From Mustelus asterias (Eukaryota): 64,000 nt of DNA. How positions within the stretch are numbered: position 1 is the stretch's first letter; every line of letters begins with the position of its first letter. The stretch covers positions 682,001 to 746,000 of the forward strand of contig NW_027590122.1 in assembly GCF_964213995.1 (NCBI RefSeq), given 5' to 3'. The position numbers were made by a program, and so were the translations under genes. Shown here piece by piece: positions 60,648-64,000 of the stretch. The notes beneath the pieces are model-generated. The model was given only the letters and a program-made list of their open reading frames with translations. It was not told where the DNA came from and ran no database searches.

Positions 60648-61172
60648 GGGAATCTTCGGTTTTCATGTTATTTCCAAAGAGACGACGTTGTTTGAAGTAT
60701 AAAAGCAAATTACTGCGGATTCTGGAATTGAAACCAAAAGAATAAATGCTGGAAAATCTCAGCAGGCCTGGTAATATCTGTAAGGAGAGCAAAGAGCTGA
60801 CGTTTCGAGTCCAGAAGGCCCTTTGAAAAAGCTTCGACAAAGGGTCATCTGTGCTCGAAACGTCAGCTCTTCTCTCTCCTTACAGATGATGCCAGACTTG
60901 CTGAGATTTTCCAGCATTTTCTCTTTACGTTGTTTTAAGTGTCTTTGGGCGGAGTAAATTGATTCTGAATCCCTGGGGCGGAGGAATTGTAGGTTGATCC
61001 AAATCTATCCTACTGAAGAAGACACTATAAAGTTGTCCAGGGACCTGTGGGACCCGAACCACCCAGTTGCTGCCAATATTCGACGCGTTGGCCTTACAGC
61101 TCAGTCTCAGGGAGCCTCGGGGACGCCCGGTTTCTGCCTCTGGCTGAGTGAACATAACCTCCGATTCGATAC
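60648..61172 (-). pseudogene. Orphan VH pseudogene, split by an insertion and 3'-truncated
   Basis: [34 protein letters not shown] parallels the functional VH. Acceptor AG is changed to AA, the Trp is lost and there are frameshifts. FR3 remnant TSNNVVSLEI/MKTEDS lies at 60648-60698. No YYC, RSS or leader found. Confidence 0.88.
60699..60926. mobile_element. Palindromic Penelope pLTR-like family 2 insertion in VH pseudogene FR3
   Basis: TSD acgttgttt(g/t)aagt at 60685-60698 and 60927-60940. Long inverted arms, each with GAAACGTC. Confidence 0.85.
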
Positions 61173-61189
61173 TTGTAAAAATATAAAGA

Positions 61190-61525
61190 AAACATTGAAA
61201 CGAAAGGCCACACACCCCGAACATACTCTCTCACCTTTTTACATCGGGAACAAGATACAAAAGTATTAGGACACGGACAAACCGACTAAAAAAACGCTTC
61301 TTTCCTGCTGCAATCAGACTTTTGAATGGACCTTCCTCGCATTAAGTTGATATTTCTCTACACCCTGGCTATGACTGCAACACTACATTCTGCACTCGCT
61401 CGTTTCCATCTCTATGTACGGTATGCTTTCTCTGTATAGTGCGCAAGAAACACTAATTTTCATTGTGTACTAATATGCACGCCAATAATAAATCAAATGA
61501 AACCAAACCAAATCAAATTAAATCA
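61190..61525 (+). mobile_element. Rex1/Babar 3' end inserted in the pseudo-VH intron
   Basis: Homologous to the reverse complement of 20235-20520. Tail caataataaatcaaat..aatca. Confidence 0.75.
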
Positions 61526-62254
61526 ATCAAAAACCCTGAGGATTATTCCCGATGAATTGATTGCTGACACTGCGATATTCCAGAGATAGGCTAACACTGA
61601 GGCAGCAACAGTGAGATCCATTGTCATGTCTCTGCTAGTCCAAGAGGTGAAATTGCATTTGAGCATCTGTGATAGAAAAAAAAAACAATTTCATTGTAAA
61701 TTAAGTCCCTTCATTTATCCACCCCTCCACAAGGGAATAGACATAAAGAAGATGACATTAACTTATCAGGGTAAAGATGTCAATCTGATTTGCAATCATT
61801 CTGTTGTCTCTAACACTTTGCATCAAAAATATAATTCATTTAAGGAATTACTATCGATTTATTGTATTTCTGGTGTGGGTAACTATCATTGTAACTTGGG
61901 ACTGGATATAAGAAGAAAGGAATACAATGGCCTAGTGTTTTTATCGCTGGACAATTAATCCGCAAACTCAACTAATAGTCTCAGGATCCGGCTTCGAGTC
62001 CCGCCACGGCAGATGGTGGAATTTAAATTCAGTAAAAACATCTGGCATTAAGAATCTACTTATGACCATGATATCGTTGCCGATTGTGTAAAAACCTTTC
62101 TGGTTCACTAATGTCTTTTAGGGAAGGGAATCTGCTGTCCTTACTTGGTCTGGCCTACATGTGATTCCAGAGCCACAACAATGTGGTTGGCTCTCAACTG
62201 CCCTCGGATAAGAGGTGGGCCATAAATGCTGATCATTCAGCGGCACCCATGTCC

Positions 62255-62561
62255 ATAGAATCCCTACAGAGCAGAAGGAGGCCATTTGGCCTATCGGGCC
62301 CGCACCGACACCATTCTCTCCCAGGCCCTATACCCATCACCCCACGTATATTCCCTGCTAATTCCCTTGACACTATGGGACAATTTATCATCGCCAATCA
62401 GCCTAAGCAGCACATCCTTGGATCGTATGAGTAAATAGGCAGACAATTGGAGAATGTGCATGCTCCACAGAGACAGTGACTCCACACAGACCCAAACCGG
62501 TAATTGAGCCCGGGTCCCTGGCGCTGTGAGGCAGAAGTGCTAACAACTATGCCACTGTGCC
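62255..62561 (-). mobile_element. HE1-like SINE
   Basis: cccgggtccctggcgctgtgaggcag head and catagaatccctacag tail. Confidence 0.82.
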
Positions 62562-62579
62562 TCCCACGAATGAATTCAA

Positions 62580-63920
62580 AAAAGAAAATCCTCATATGAT
62601 ACAGTATTACACTTTATATTTCTCCAACAGCTCCTTAACCCTGTGACAATTAGCGGTGAACGAAACCTGGTTGGCTTATAATTAATTGAGCTGGCAGAGA
62701 AACAAAATTGAAATCGACTTTTGACAGAATTGAATAAATCAGGACGGACACAGCGATCAGGAAAGTTCTCCGTCAGCATCCAAATCATTGTAGCTCATCT
62801 TATTGACCACCGGCTGTCTCACATTCACTGGTAGTGGGAGCACAGGACATCAGGACTTTGCAGCATATTGCACAATATCACAAGAGTAAATGCTTTATCT
62901 TCCACAGAACCAGGTTATGAACTGGACATTTCTTCACAGATTGGCAGCTCTGAGAGGCACTGTTAAATAATCAAAATCAAATTATGCTGCACATTAGAAC
63001 ATGGTACTACTCAGGTACAAGAGACGTTGCCTTTCTAATGAGGGGCAGAAGACTGAGAATATTCCAGGAATCCGCGCTGTTCAAGGCAATTATATGACTT
63101 TATTTTACTTTTAATTATTTTCATTTTTGGGCCATTACACTGATCTCATTGGACTGAGGGATTGGGGACATCAAAATCTCTTTCCTGCACTTCATTGAAG
63201 TTGCTCACAAAGTGGCTTGAATTGTTGGAAGGACATTTATTTGTAAGTCATACAAATGAAATAGCACCCAGCCAATTGACTAGTTTCCGATACTGTTTAA
63301 TCACATAATCAACAGTGCATTCATTAAAAGTATTTGCTTGGAATGAATACCATTTAGAACGTGTCTTTCTTGTGGGAATCAGACATTTATTGCATAACTG
63401 GCTAAGTCCCATTTTATCCTTACATATTAACGTTAATCTGTCCACGCAGTGCTTGGCAGCGGTCCAACCTGCTGCCAAATATCCGAAAATATTTACAGGA
63501 AGCATCTGAGGGTGTTTGTTCAGAAACTCAAAGATCTGTTTCCTCAGTACTGAGCGCTTGGCTGCAAGCCAACTTCAAACTCTCAGCATTGTCAATGGGG
63601 CCTATTTATAAATAAATCTACCCAGCAACAGTACTGGAGGCAAGTTAATTATTTTTAATGTTGTAAACCTGTATGAATGTTTCCCATTGCTTTGGAAAAG
63701 AAAGTTTCCATCTTCTCTGGCTCCTTGTTAGCAACAATGACGATCTCTCCAACACAACAAAACACTGTGATCGATGGATAGAAATAAATACAGGCAGATT
63801 GTGAGAGTTGATTCAGAGAGGTGATATATCTTATACTGCATAAACATATATGCTTGTGTTTTATTTCACTTGATTCTTCCATGGGACGAGGGAGTCTCTG
63901 GAAAGACCAACATTTGTTTC
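62580..63920 (+). repeat. Paralog of the VH upstream region 47540-49140
   Basis: Colinear matches such as aaatcgacttttgacaga, tcaggtacaagagacg, atattccaggaatcc and tcaaagatctgtt..cttggctgcaagccaac. Confidence 0.9.
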
Positions 63921-64000
63921 CTGTGCTTAATTTATTTTCAACTGAGGGGTGTGCTCGGGCATTTCGGAAGGCATTGCCCAGTTACACATATTGCTGCCTG

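Overview
Eukaryotic DNA from a cartilaginous fish (shark-like, inferred from HE1-type SINEs, abundant CR1 LINEs and cluster-type IgH organisation). The right two-thirds holds one complete, unrearranged, apparently intact IgM heavy-chain cluster on the minus strand. Its order is leader (46888-46933), VH (46452-46756, 23-RSS), D1 (12/22-RSS), D2 (12/12-RSS), JH (23-RSS), a ~10.8 kb J-C intron, Cmu1-Cmu4 with secretory tail, then TM1 and TM2. A broken orphan VH lies ~14 kb upstream inside a duplicated block. The left ~25 kb is a cluster of KRAB-less C2H2 zinc-finger genes (one intact, two with in-frame stops) with four related CpG-island promoters. The rest is CR1, Rex1/Babar and RTE LINE fragments, SINEs, minisatellites and one 160-N gap. 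Features not explained by the gene models: (1) Penelope-derived insertions carrying minimal hammerhead-ribozyme cores with covarying stems, two of them intact and sense to the IgM transcript; (2) a strand-biased, AID-hotspot-rich repeat just upstream of Cmu1 that resembles a switch region; (3) a cryptic RSS + J-like + splice-donor unit in the J-C intron; (4) CTCF-like motifs bracketing the cluster; (5) a minisatellite grown from a ZNF first-exon motif. All calls were read by eye with no database search. Repeat boundaries are approximate.
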